DNA of 64,000 nt from Tubiluchus corallicola (GCA_030141605.1 JAQGDQ010000192.1:62001-126000), one strand, 5' to 3'; shown: positions 15,301-25,685, counted from the stretch's first letter. Made by a program: numbers and translations. Notes: generated from the sequence alone by a model not told the origin.

Positions 15301-18300
15301 AGTATTACTGCTGTCATCAGCTTACTATGCACTGCAAAGGCTTTTAATCAATTTTAGAAACGAAGTAATGCCTAAATTCCTTTGTGCAGTTAAAAATTAG
15401 AAAATTTATTTTAAAATATTAATTTATATAAGTGAATTAACAATAAATTAAAAAGTATACTTTTCTAAATCGTACTGCTCTAATATTTTCAGTTTCTCCT
15501 TAACTGTTAGATCTTTATGCTTATGCTCCATTTTTCAAACTTTTTAACTCTATGACCTTATTTGCTGTATGATGCTTACTTTTGTAAGTCACAAGGAATA
15601 CTGGCTGATTACTATACCTGCATCTTTGACTATCAAAGGGAAACCACTAGGCAAGTGATTAAATGTTCAGCTTTCAGAAATTCTTTGGATAACGAGGTTA
15701 ATTGCAGTGGGCGAGCGGGTAACAGATTGAAAACAAAACCGCTATCCTAGCATATTAGCGCATGATAAACGTACCTGTTTACAAACAAAACGGTACTTAA
15801 CATAATTGTTTCTACATGTATAATGCACAAAAGGGAAGTAAAGATGACATAAAAGTAGGAAAGGCTGTTTGAGCACATACAAATGTCTCTTATTTTAAGT
15901 ACGTGAAGGAAAAATATTGAGTCAATTACCGATAGTTTTTATGTATATTTGAATAGAAGAGGCCCGTTCCAGGCGTTTTTGAGTCAATTAAGCGATTGAG
16001 TCTATTAACCGCGAGTCTATTAAGCGGCGACTACTGTATTACATCACTACACACGTCACATGAAAACGAATTTGATGCCCCCAGTTTGCGACACTGTAGT
16101 TTGCAATTGTGTGCATTGTGTAAGTTAAGAAAAACAAAGAAAAATGCAAGGATTCCGTTTATTTGTGCTAACGCATTACCTTTTAGTCAGTGTCTGATGC
16201 ATATATTTTGCTCTCGATTAATTGAATCACTGTTCAATCGCTGATTATATCCATTTTTACATGGTTGTAATCTCAATTAATTCAATTAATATGTTAAATG
16301 CCCATCACTATTTGAATTAGATTTGTGCCAAAATATGGAAAAAGTTAACGATCTTGCTGAACATTTAACCAGAAATCAACAATAATTGTGTAATTGTTGC
16401 ATACGTCCTTTTTAATCTGATGGAACGTAAATGCACCAAAAAGTTAGATAACGATATTTTGCCTGTTATGCCATTGAACTCAGACATTTCCTAGGACTAT
16501 GTGTAACAGCTTTTGAAGCACTGATTTAAGTGATTTTTACACAAATGATTATGAAATGTAGGGACACATCATTGACTGATGTACTTTTTTTCTACTAAGT
16601 AGTATTTCTGTTAGTTTTAGTAAAGAATTGAAAATTTATATTTAGCATTATTAAATGGAAAAAATTCAAAACTTTCACTGAAAATCGTTTAAAAGTTCTA
16701 ATTCGATCAAAAACTACATTTAATCTAAGACTCGATGTTAAGATGTCAAGAGGGCACAATTGTTTTTCTCAAAAAACATCTCAGCTTCTAGTATTGTTGG
16801 GTGTTATCTTGATAAAATCACCTGTTGCTGTTTTTGCAGCATATCGTGGTACGTTAGCAAGAAAGTCTGTTAGAAACATCAGAACAGCAATAGTTGTAAT
16901 TCAGCGAAGCTGGAGGCATTATTGCTTGAAGCGTGCACTACTGCTACATCTACACAAGCTGATCAGTGAAGAAAAGGACAAGCAGCAAGAAGAAACTAAT
17001 AAGCAGCTTGACGCTGAATGTGAAACATGTCTGAAGGTAATATTTTAGATTACCTGATATATTAGTCTTAAATACTGTAGAATCTGTTTAATCTAAGTCT
17101 GTACCAGAAATTACTGTATATTAGTTTATTACATATAAAAGGTAATGTCGCCACAGATAAACAATGCATACTTTATGGAGTTACTTTAATCCTACGAATG
17201 CTAATAAGCTATTGCACTTTACTTTGAAGCTTTTCACAAGCAGTTTACTGAACATTGAGAGATTTGGCTTCATTAAACAATATGCACTGTACTAACATAG
17301 AAAACACTGCTTAATAAGTCTCTTTGGATATAAATCCAGCCGCTTAAAAAATCCGTTTAACATTGCACCAAAGTGGATTTATTAAGCAGCAAGCACTGTA
17401 TGTACTGTATGCAGGAGTATAGAGTATTTTCATATTTGTTGACATTAAATTAACTAGTTCGATGTAAGGGAAGCTTTTAATATGTTCGACCATAGTATTC
17501 TTGGTAAATCTTAAAGGCAGTTGAATACTAGAATACTATGTGAATGCAATGGCTTAGCATGGGTTTTGGTTTGCCCTCTGTGGTAACCAAATCCCTAGAT
17601 TTGCTGTTAATTCACTGGACTTGGGCGTCCAGGCGAGATTGGGCTTCCAGCTTGGATCACCTTCGGATACATTTGTAAATTTTTTTTTAACTCGACGATT
17701 ACAACATTCATTGTTCATTCAAGTATTTGATGCTGTAATGAACATTTGATATAGTACCTAATGTCATAATAATACAGAAAACATTTTTAGTAAGCATCTT
17801 TTCCTTTGGCAGTTTCACATTATGTTTTCATTACATTACCCATTCTTGCAGACACAGCTTAAGCAGAAGAAGTCGGTGTGTTTCAGTCTACCAGTTTCAA
17901 CCTATGAAGTTAATGCTTCAAACACATGTTCTGATTTTAAAATAGCAGATCATGCTGAAAGTGAGAGCCAACCAAGAAAGCCTAATGAAGTCTTCACCCA
18001 AGCTGTGATTAGTGATTCACTCTCTGTGACTGTAAGTGACTTCTCATTGATATTAAGAATAGGTAAACAAATTTCTCACTATTATTTGTGTAATCTTATT
18101 AGTAATTTTGTATAAATAGCTTTGACATTAAAGGTAACGGCTTTATAATCATAAAGACGCTTTTGTCTCTAAACTATTTTGCATTTCAGTGTGGTAATAG
18201 ATGCCATGAAATGCAATGTTACAAAGCAGTAAAGCCTTATCCACATTTGCCTCAGCTCTTTTACAAAGACGGTATTTTGTCTGTTAGACACATGCCTCGG

Positions 18301-19262
18301 GTAAGTCTTTAGTGAATGCAAGCACGTATATATTTTGTTCAACTAACAGTGCCGACAGCAAAAGTATGATGATTTTATAAGAAAAACAGATTTAGTCAAT
18401 CCATTGTTTTTTTAGATGGTTGATTTAGACAAAGAAAGAATGATTGCTGGTAATAGCTAGCATTTTAAAAGATTATACCCTGATTGGGCCTAGTTCCCAA
18501 CAGAAGCCAAATTTGCGATTGATAAATTAACTAACTAATTGAACCAATTTTCACTCTCAGTCATGCATTCACACAGCATTTGTACATTTATAGTCTTGCT
18601 CATATTTACACACTATGAGTCTGGCTGGTTGAACTGCTACAGAAGCAGTTGCCTTTGACATTTTTTTAAACTTAATATTTTCAAGTTCATAGCAATTGTA
18701 ACGTTTGGCATGATTCCAAATCCATATATGTACGGTACTATATGCAAGTTATATTGATGTCAGATGAGATACTAATTGTCTTGTTGCTAATGACAAAATT
18801 GATGTTTTTTTAACTTAAAAATATTAACCGTGGAGTTAACATCTCCATAGACAGATAAAAACAATTTATTATTAATGTCTAATAAGCTGCCTGTTTTATT
18901 AGCTAATAATTTATTAACTAACTATATTTGATTGGTACCCAATTTTCTGCTCTCTTTTTCTTATTAATTCTTCCTCATTAATTAAATTTCATGCTAGATT
19001 AAATATCAAGCATTTGTTAAGCTAAGATTTTTGTTTGCGTATTGAATAATGTAAAACAAGTGAACGTGATCATTTTCTTGTTAAAATATATTCGATAATG
19101 TATTGACTTATTTGTTTGTTTTGTACAGAATACATTTCTAATCCATTATTAATTTTTGCGTAGGTTCATGTCAAGTTTCATACACGGCCCAACCTGATTT
19201 TGAAGAATGCTCACATGATTTCATGGAAGGAATTTGAATGTAGTTTAACAGATTGTCTATAG
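609..19262 (+). CDS. MYO19: Unconventional myosin-XIX (mitochondria-associated myosin), 5'-partial, 19 coding exons: 609-722, 2291-2417, 4131-4303, 4882-4984, 5846-5931, 6463-6556, 6986-7166, 7309-7382, 8698-8930, 9603-9773, 9997-10164, 10603-10781, 11806-11972, 12709-12833, 14667-14799, 16840-17036, 17852-18031, 18190-18300, 19164-19262
   Basis: Exons join in frame with GT-AG sites (2715 nt). Motifs: P-loop GESGAGKT, switch [10 protein letters not shown], switch II DVYGFE, class-XIX-like [20 protein letters not shown], three IQ motifs, short tail ending [16 protein letters not shown] (resembles vertebrate MYO19 SIRALPQGSIKFHCRK). N-terminal exons lie upstream of the window. Confidence 0.93.
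2291..2417 (+). CDS. MYO19: MYO19 exon ([11 protein letters not shown]...SNPILEAFG)
   Basis: ttttag acceptor, g|gtaag donor, NPILEAFG motif. Confidence 0.93.
2464..2570 (+). mobile_element. tRNA-derived SINE head preceded by its own inverted copy (fold-back)
   Basis: box A-like tggtgttatggttagc, box B gggttcgagccc; 44-nt arms 2464-2507 and 2523-2566, 38/44 identical. Confidence 0.65.
4131..4303 (+). CDS. MYO19: MYO19 exon, switch I ([16 protein letters not shown]...ERNFHIFYQ)
   Basis: canonical myosin motifs, cag|gtgag donor. Confidence 0.95.
4882..4984 (+). CDS. MYO19: MYO19 exon (MLCGG...NHLANY)
   Basis: phase-compatible splice sites ttag / g|gtaag. Confidence 0.8.
5846..5931 (+). CDS. 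MYO19: MYO19 exon ([19 protein letters not shown]...NIFM)
   Basis: tgcag acceptor, atg|gtaat donor, myosin-like T..AM..IG. Confidence 0.88.
6463..6556 (+). CDS. MYO19: MYO19 exon ([13 protein letters not shown]...)
   Basis: AILHLGNI motif, cag|gtaa donor. Confidence 0.92.
6986..7166 (+). CDS. MYO19: MYO19 exon (...[25 protein letters not shown])
   Basis: class XIX-like motif, ag|gtaag donor. Confidence 0.92.
7309..7382 (+). CDS. MYO19: MYO19 exon ([10 protein letters not shown]...FIG)
   Basis: F.WLV..IN motif, phases match neighbours. Confidence 0.9.
8698..8930 (+). CDS. MYO19: MYO19 exon, switch II/relay (LLDVYGFE...[16 protein letters not shown]...LDE)
   Basis: canonical myosin motifs, gag|gtaat donor. 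Confidence 0.95.
9268..9347. repeat. (TGT)n microsatellite
   Basis: direct reading. Confidence 0.98.
9603..9773 (+). CDS. MYO19: MYO19 exon (ECRL...[12 protein letters not shown]...VEKNK)
   Basis: HYAG.V.Y and EKN motifs. Confidence 0.93.
9997..10164 (+). CDS. MYO19: MYO19 exon, loop 2 (DKIPEEL...TVLSKFK)
   Basis: D.IP..L and TV.SKFK motifs, phase 0/0. Confidence 0.9.
10603..10781 (+). CDS. MYO19: MYO19 exon (DSLTNLL...[10 protein letters not shown]...[10 protein letters not shown])
   Basis: [10 protein letters not shown] motif, SH2/SH1 region. Confidence 0.95.
11806..11972 (+). CDS. MYO19: MYO19 exon, converter start ([11 protein letters not shown]...)
   Basis: R..Y..F..RY motif; donor g|gtacat inferred from phase. 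Confidence 0.8.
12709..12833 (+). CDS. MYO19: MYO19 exon, converter (...[14 protein letters not shown])
   Basis: G.SKVFL motif, ttc|gtaagt donor. Confidence 0.9.
13042..14153. mobile_element. Non-autonomous Tc1/mariner-type element with long (~190 bp) imperfect TIRs
   Basis: ctccatcacggtaaagaaattttagtttttgtac... / ...gtacaaaaactaaaatttctttaccttgatggag; TA on both flanks; no ORF. Confidence 0.8.
13531..13585. repeat. (GT)n/(GCGT)n microsatellite
   Basis: direct reading. Confidence 0.9.
14667..14799 (+). CDS. MYO19: MYO19 exon, IQ1 and start of IQ2 (VEVLEQRR...IQKHWKRY...AAIYIQK)
   Basis: IQ motifs, phases match. Confidence 0.9.
15195..16036. mobile_element. pogo/Tigger-like MITE
   Basis: perfect 24-bp TIR CAGTAGTCGCCGCTTAATAGACTC, TA target duplication, subterminal repeats. 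Confidence 0.88.
16840..17036 (+). CDS. MYO19: MYO19 exon, IQ2/IQ3 (AYRGTLARK...IQRSWRHY...)
   Basis: IQ motifs, aag|gtaat donor. Confidence 0.9.
17306..17400. mobile_element. Tiny degenerate Tigger-like MITE remnant
   Basis: ctgcttaataagtctctttgg / ccaaagtggatttattaagcag inverted arms, right end ...cactgta. Confidence 0.45.
17852..18031 (+). CDS. MYO19: MYO19 tail exon ([20 protein letters not shown]...SLSVT)
   Basis: ttgcag acceptor, act|gtaagt donor, open frame, phase 0/0; no recognised homology. Confidence 0.7.
18190..18300 (+). CDS. MYO19: MYO19 tail exon (CGNRC...[10 protein letters not shown])
   Basis: tttcag acceptor, cgg|gtaagt donor, similarity to MYO19 C-terminal segment. Confidence 0.8.
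19164..19262 (+). CDS. MYO19: MYO19 last coding exon ([10 protein letters not shown]...SLTDCL*)
   Basis: KFH motif of MYO19 tail, TAG stop at 19260-19262. Confidence 0.8.
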   Translation, partial: VHVKFHTRPNLILKNAHMISWKEFECSLTDCL

Positions 19263-19577
19263 GTATAGTTGAGGTACCTAGCTGCTGTAATCATACCTGA
19301 TTTACACTAGTAGTCTGTACTGAGTTCAGCACTGTCTAGTCAAACATTTACAGACTGAGCAGACATGGTATTCTGTATGGACACGAATTTTGATCCATTC
19401 TCTATAGTGTTAACAACAGTTTCTGTCACTGTTCTAGTTTGCAAAACGTGTACTAAAAATATTGGCAAAAATAATGTGTCCGTGAACTTTATTTCATTTG
19501 AATGTATCAAGGTTTAGTTGCTTACTTGTTTCTCCTATAGTTTAAACAACAGACTTCAATACTGATGTTTTATACTG

Positions 19578-19583
19578 AATAAA
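19578..19583 (+). terminator. Candidate polyadenylation signal for MYO19
   Basis: first AATAAA about 315 nt after the stop codon; AT-rich context makes it weak evidence. Confidence 0.4.
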
Positions 19584-19789
19584 CAAATTGAACTAAGCAT
19601 GATCTCAGATCTGTGCGTTAAAACTGAGTATTAACTCACAACCATCGTTTAAAGAGATTATAAGTATGGTTTTTAACTTTCTTAGCACTAACCTACTTTA
19701 ACTTAAGTGATTAATTAAATAAAACTGCTGTTCTTGAATTCTTGAAATCAAACTTTTTGCAAAGGAAGGAAAGGTGAAAATTTAGGATT

Positions 19790-19850
19790 GAGCACGGATT
19801 TGAATCAAGGACCTTACAAGACAGTGCCATGACCACTAGATCACACCTCA
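19790..19850 (-). mobile_element. Degenerate tRNA-derived SINE head
   Basis: - strand gtgatctagtggtcatggc...gattcaaatcc; related copies at 20066 (+) and about 41930-41960 (-). Confidence 0.45.
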
Positions 19851-20065
19851 ACTTATAACAATGGCGCTTCTTATTTTAATCGTATCCTTGTTATTGATTC
19901 ATCATCTCCAAATGTTATTATACTCATATAGATTAATAGCAAACTACTTAGATTAATTTTCTCTAATTAGTTAATTAATTAAGTATGGAGTAAAACCTGG
20001 TGGTTAATTATTAATAATTGATAATGTTGATGCGCAGATTCCAAATTAAATAAATTGAAGAATCT

Positions 20066-20135
20066 GCATGGTCTAGTGGTCATGGGTGTTTGATTTGTAA
20101 TCTAAAGATCCCTGGCCAAATTTGGACTAAGTTGA
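20066..20135 (+). mobile_element. Degenerate tRNA-derived SINE head
   Basis: gcatggtctagtggtcatgggtgtttgatttgtaatctaaagatccctgg, box A and tRNA-like arm. Confidence 0.45.
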
Positions 20136-23115
20136 AGTATTTGAATTTTATCAAATTTGGTTTAAAAAATGTGAAGTATATATTTTGATTCAAGCAATAC
20201 AGTGCAATGCTATATCTGTGATTTACTTACTTTTTTACTTGACTTTTATAGTAAATGGAAATCTGCTCAGTTTTGTTTTTAGAAATTATTAATACCAGCT
20301 AAACTATTTGGTTACATAGACATGCATGTTGTGAAAGGATAGAATTTAACTCAAATTGCAAATTGTTTTGATGCAGAAGCCAGGAAAACTAAATTTTGAG
20401 CAAAGTAACTAAATCAATTACTAACAGTTGCCAAATTAATTTAGTATCATTGTGGATATATTTGTAAAGTCATTTTCATTATTCATTTCACCTAGGTGAC
20501 GTGCCAGTAAAGATTTTTGGCTTTCATACTAACAAATTGTAAATTTGTCAGTAGGACTACTAACAAATTGTTAGTAGGACAAAAATACGATTTATTAGTA
20601 GGATTTAAGGAAAAATTCTGCAAGTGATGCACACAGTGCATTATTCATAATAGCATTATTACAAAATTAACTCCAACTTATATAAACATTCTATTCATTT
20701 TTTGTACCCTTTATGCTAATGGTGCAGGAGTTTTTAAACAATGAAAATGATCATATTAAGTATAACTGGTGCTGTACCTCAATCTATTAATATAGATTAA
20801 TTAAAATGAATAGTGAATATGTGTAATTATAATCTAGTTATTAAACATGATATTTTAGCATTAAATTAATGAATGAATAAGAAATATGTTTTTAGTTACG
20901 AGCACTTTATTTCGCTGCACTTTTATATGAATTTGTTGTAAGTGGTACAGTGTTTATCTTAAGTTTAAGGTACAAACGTTTAGTTTTATATCAAAAGATA
21001 TAATTCAACAGTTCAACTTATTGTTTTAGCTACTGTTATTACTGGCTTTATTTCTTTAAAGCATTAACTTACTTTTGTATAATTTTAAATTTTACATGTG
21101 TAAGATTAATGCTATATAGTGGAAATGTGGGCCAATGTGAGGCAGGCACATAAATGTAGTAGTATAGTTTGTTTTTGTGTAGCAAGGTTAGCATTGCTGC
21201 TTTAGTGAAAATAAATGCATGATTCACAACTTAGTTGACTTTTCCTGGTTGATGGTTACAGTACTGTCTTTGATGTGCAGTGTGATGAATTTTGCATTGA
21301 AAACATATCAGCTGATGAAAATGAAGAGGAAGATTTGGAACCGGCTGTTCCATCTTTCATATAGATAGATAACAAAAACATTAATACATAAAATGCATTA
21401 TTATTGACATTAACACATTAAAATAACTACTACAACGTATTACAAAAGTTAAAATAGGTTCTGATGACAATACTTTAAGCCTGATTATGTAAACAATTAG
21501 TACTGCTGATAGATAATATGTAGCTAATATTCTAAAGATGTTAGATGATCATAAATGTACTATTTCGTATAAAAAGGTATGCGTTGTGCGTACTTTAATT
21601 TACATTTCTATTGTTAAGACACTTGAATACAAATTTACGAACGAGAGTTACGACTTTGGTATTATTAGATCGTAAAAGAAATATAAATTTGTTTTCGTTT
21701 GACATACACACATAACAAATCAAGAAACTCAACAATAATCTGAGTGTATCTTTGCTTCTCCTTATAAAGGGTTCTGCCAATTGCAAAGCTTTTGCTTTGC
21801 CAGTTATTTTCAAAAATGCATTGATTTTCACACAAGTATGCCTTAAATTGGTTTCCATTTAGCTGCGGTTGTGAAAAAGCTACCTCATAAATAGCCTCAT
21901 TTCCCCCCGGAATTGATTGAAAAGTGGTTTGCAATCTCAATCCTTTCTAACCTCTAACAAAATAAGGCTCTTAAAATTTCTCTTCCATTTCCCTTTTTTT
22001 CATATAAAATCCAGTTTCTCAATTCTTTCTTATTGGAATTTAAGCCTATCACTGTGTTTCGTATTAATAAATGTGCGCTATTTATTAGGCCACCCTGTAT
22101 GTTTGTCACCATACTCAACAAACGACTGAAATGAGCCAAATGGCCACTATCCAGGTTGCTTCATGACCTCTACTGACGTAGTATGACGCACTTGTTGTCA
22201 TGTCATTACGATGATGTCACGAGTCATGCGCCGAATGCGTCAATATGACCATAAACGCTTTAGCATCTAATCATCGCGCACACAATACACGCCAGACGAG
22301 CGGATTGAGCAACAAATCGTGCGAACTTCATTCAATTTCTTCGTCCGATTACGCAACGTTTTAACTCAATTGTCAAAGGAATAATCTTTCTGTTTTGCTT
22401 GCAAACGAGGCAAGAGCAATGCAACTGATGTACACTAGAATGTGATTTTACAGTGCATCGTAAACTGTATGTTGCACGATCATTTCACCAGGGCTTCATT
22501 ATGCTCGCAGGCATTATTTGAAGATGGAGCTTTAAGGTGCCAATAAACGTCAAAATAATGCCAAAGCTTACACGTTATAACTGATATAGACAACCTGAAC
22601 AGGCGATATTAAGCGAGATTTTCTAATTCTGGTTTTCAATAATTGTCTACATTAGGTATGTATGTTCAAAATATTATTCTGCCATGCAGTAATAAACGTA
22701 GTGCTGGTAAACCAATGTAGTCATTGTAGCCAATACCAACTGTAATGAATTCTAATCAGTGTTTGGAGAGGCAATCGATTGTACAGGATGAAACACTTGG
22801 AAGCATTGATGGCGTACGTTGTATACTGGCAATATAGGGAAGCCGGCGGGAGAAGACTTGTGTATATTTGAGAAATTATATTAATAAAGCTTGGCCAGTA
22901 CCAGGCCTCATTTCGATTGCGATGCATGTATGTACGTAATTATTTTACATTGCACGCAAATACGTAACACTGGATACTGAATGCGTGTATCTAATATAAT
23001 TAATACAATTATAAACTACAATAAACTATGTACATAATTATATTACATTGTACGCAAACACGTAACGTTGGATATCTAATATCTTATAATTAATTTCGCT
23101 GGTATATATATATAT

Positions 23116-23679
23116 CTTCTTCTTCCCAGCTTTTCCCTATGCGGGTCGCCGTTGTGAATGAGTCTTCTCCACGCATTCCTGTTGTTGACCATCTCTTCAT
23201 TTATGTTCTTCTCTCTAAGGTCTCCATTAATAACATTCAATCCATCTCCGCTTGGGGCGTCCTCGTCTTCTATTTCCCAGCACTTCCATTTCCATGACCT
23301 CCCCTCCCACATGATCTTCACCAACCCTTCTTTTCAGGTGTCCATACCATCGCAATCTTGCGAGGCTTCCACTACTTTTACTGTTCCTCTGATATTATTA
23401 TTTCTAATTTTATCTATTTTTGATATTCCCACCATCCATCTCAACATCCTCATCTCCACCACATCCATTTTCTTCTCTTCGGTCTTCTTTAGAGAAGCTG
23501 CTTCCAGCCCATAGACTTCTTGTGGACTCTACCTTTAAGTCTCACCGACTCATTCATAGAAGGTTTTGGCGCAGTTTTTACAGACGGATGCCCTTCCTGA
23601 CCCTAACCCTCCCTATTTATCCGGGCTTGGGACCGGCACTGAGTTGGGCTGGCTTGCCCCCCCCCCAGTGGCTAGGTTC
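23116..23679 (-). mobile_element. Internally deleted (bipartite, non-autonomous) RTE-clade non-LTR retroposon
   Basis: - strand reads RLKGRVHK..YGLE...EMRMLRW..G...DKIRN..IR / RLRWYGH / GNRRRGRPKRRW / WRRLI with frameshifts (RTE ORF C-terminus), then a (GAA)n tail. 5' ~130 nt is an RTE-type 5' UTR. Both flanks are (TA)n, consistent with a TSD. Confidence 0.85.
23601..23679 (-). ncRNA. Twister ribozyme core (type P1 with P3) at the 5' end of the RTE element
   Basis: - strand AA CCUA GC CACUG..CAGUG CCGG UCCCAAGC CCGG AUAAA UAGG GAGGG matches the twister consensus GCCGGUCCCAAGCCCGGAUAAA..GGAGGG; P2, P3, P4 and pseudoknot partners are present. Confidence 0.85.
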
Positions 23680-24036
23680 TATATATATTTATAAGACTGT
23701 ATATAGGATATGTGCTACAACAAATGTTGTTTGCAGCAACACAATCTCTGGTATTTTTTCTCCTTGGAATCCAAGGAAAGTCAAATTAAGGGTATCTAAC
23801 AGAGAAGAAAATACTGATGGAGTAGTTGATTTTCTAGTGTGATTGTTATTTTTGCGCATGTGCAGCAGGTTTGATGTGAAATAAATACATTTTAGTATTT
23901 TTATGATAATAATAATCATCTTTGTTTAAAGTCGGCTTTAGGATAAACAATTAAAATAAGCTCAAAGAGTTTTTTGCCCACTCTAAATTAAAATTCTACA
24001 ACTATATAACAGAGATTATTGATACCCCACTTTTGC

Positions 24037-24157
24037 GCTAGATACCGCACGCCAGGCAGGACAGTAGCAGCAAGTGTTTTAGTCTTTGGTATGACCCAGC
24101 CGCAGTACCGAACTCACGACCTCCCAGGCGGAAAGCGGACGCGTTACCACTAGACAA
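24037..24157 (-). mobile_element. tRNA-derived SINE
   Basis: - strand gtctagtggtaacgcgtccgc...ggtcgtgagttcg (boxes A/B) followed by ggtcataccaaagact, a body motif common in metazoan SINEs. Confidence 0.7.
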
Positions 24158-25069
24158 TACCGTCTGCTCTGAATTTTTTACATTGGCCTTTTTTAAATCA
24201 TATAACGTATAACATATAACATATAACATATATAATCAGTGAGCAATAATAGTTCATAAGTAAATAAAAACAAATTGTTCTAAATGAAAATTAGATATGT
24301 GTGTTGCTGTGTGTGCTCTTCTGGGATCCTCTTCTGGGATCATGTTAGTCATACAGACTTCAATAAAATGCATGTCTCCTGAGGTCCAATTAATAGAGTT
24401 ATTAAATTCCTAGTGGAGCCAAGTATCCTATTATTTCACTATGTGTTCATTAATAAACTACATGAAAACAGAAGTGCAAATTTGAAAAGCGAGTGTTGGG
24501 GATTTTAATTAAAATTGCTTGCTGGTGACTACCTGATGTAAGCTATAGCAAAAAGAAAATGTTTTTGACTGCTGACCGTAGTTACTGTCCACTTTATGCT
24601 TGTGTTGTAAAGCGAAAATCGTAAGTATGTTATCGACATTCTAATAAGGAGACAAGCCAGTTTTACTAACCTGCTTGTGTTCTTAAGCAAAAGTTGTAAG
24701 TGTGTCATGAACTGACAAATTTTTATTGCAGTGATAATCCAACTTCTACTCTCCAGCTTGTGTTCATGAATAACACAAAAATCGTGTGTGTGGTCAGCCG
24801 AATCGACAAAGAGATGAGCTAGCTAGATTTTTCTACCTATTGCGAAGTCATTAGAACTCGCTTTCAGAACATGCATGGCTTCTTGCCTTTCGCGTGACTG
24901 GCGTTTGGTTTCGCCAACAAAAGGCAGGGGCATAGTGAAAGCGACACAACGATGAGACTTGTATCCCCCCTTCGCTGAATTTTTGGGACCCTCAGTTTGA
25001 AAACCGGGCTTAATTTCAATGCACGTTCTACTTTCATCTATATTAGCAGGAAGAGCAAATATGATTATT

Positions 25070-25685
25070 CGAAATTTGGCAAAAATGCTCTAGAAAAGTT
25101 CAAATTTTACTTTTCAAAACCTATTGCACTTCTATCTATGGAATATCCATATGGAAAAATTTCTTTCTCTATACTTACAGGAATCTTAAAATTACTTACA
25201 ATAAGTGTATTAGAAAACTATTCTCACTTCTGCACGATTGCAGTGCTAGTCTGCTAGACAAATGTATTTAGATTACGACATACCTTACCTTGATGTTATA
25301 GTTAGACGATCAGCTTACTCTCTATTGGTTAGGCTACAAAATTCACAGAATTTCTACGTGAAATGCATTTTGAACTCAAACATCTATTTTCAGCCTGAAA
25401 TATTAAATGCTTTCGGAAAAACTATACATTTGACATATATACAACTGAAACCGCAAGTTTAAAATGAAGGTAAAAATGACAGACATCCACTGAATGAATT
25501 GTTTTATTATTGTAATATCTGTAATAGTAATAATTATAATAGTTGAATCGTAATTGTAAAATGTTTTTGTTATTTATTAACAATTGTAGTTTTGTAATTA
25601 TTGTGAATGTAATTGTGTTTGAATTTTTATGTAACTTATGACCTAGCTGTCGAAATAAATAATAATCTAATGCAATGTAATCTAT
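25070..25685 (+). mobile_element. 3' end of a CR1/L2-group LINE, decayed
   Basis: LKITYNKCIRKLF..CSAS..MY...IP.LDVIVRRSAYSLLVRLQNSQN resembles ORF2 C-termini; ends in aataaa plus a short simple-repeat tail. Confidence 0.6.

Noticed and set aside
23601-23679. HDV-like ribozyme interpretation of the RTE 5' end
   Set aside because: Nested double pseudoknot and catalytic C junction could not be built; the twister consensus fits almost exactly.
24037-24157. Functional tRNA gene (also 2500-2570, 20066-20135)
   Set aside because: No complete cloverleaf/acceptor stem; these fit tRNA-derived SINE heads.
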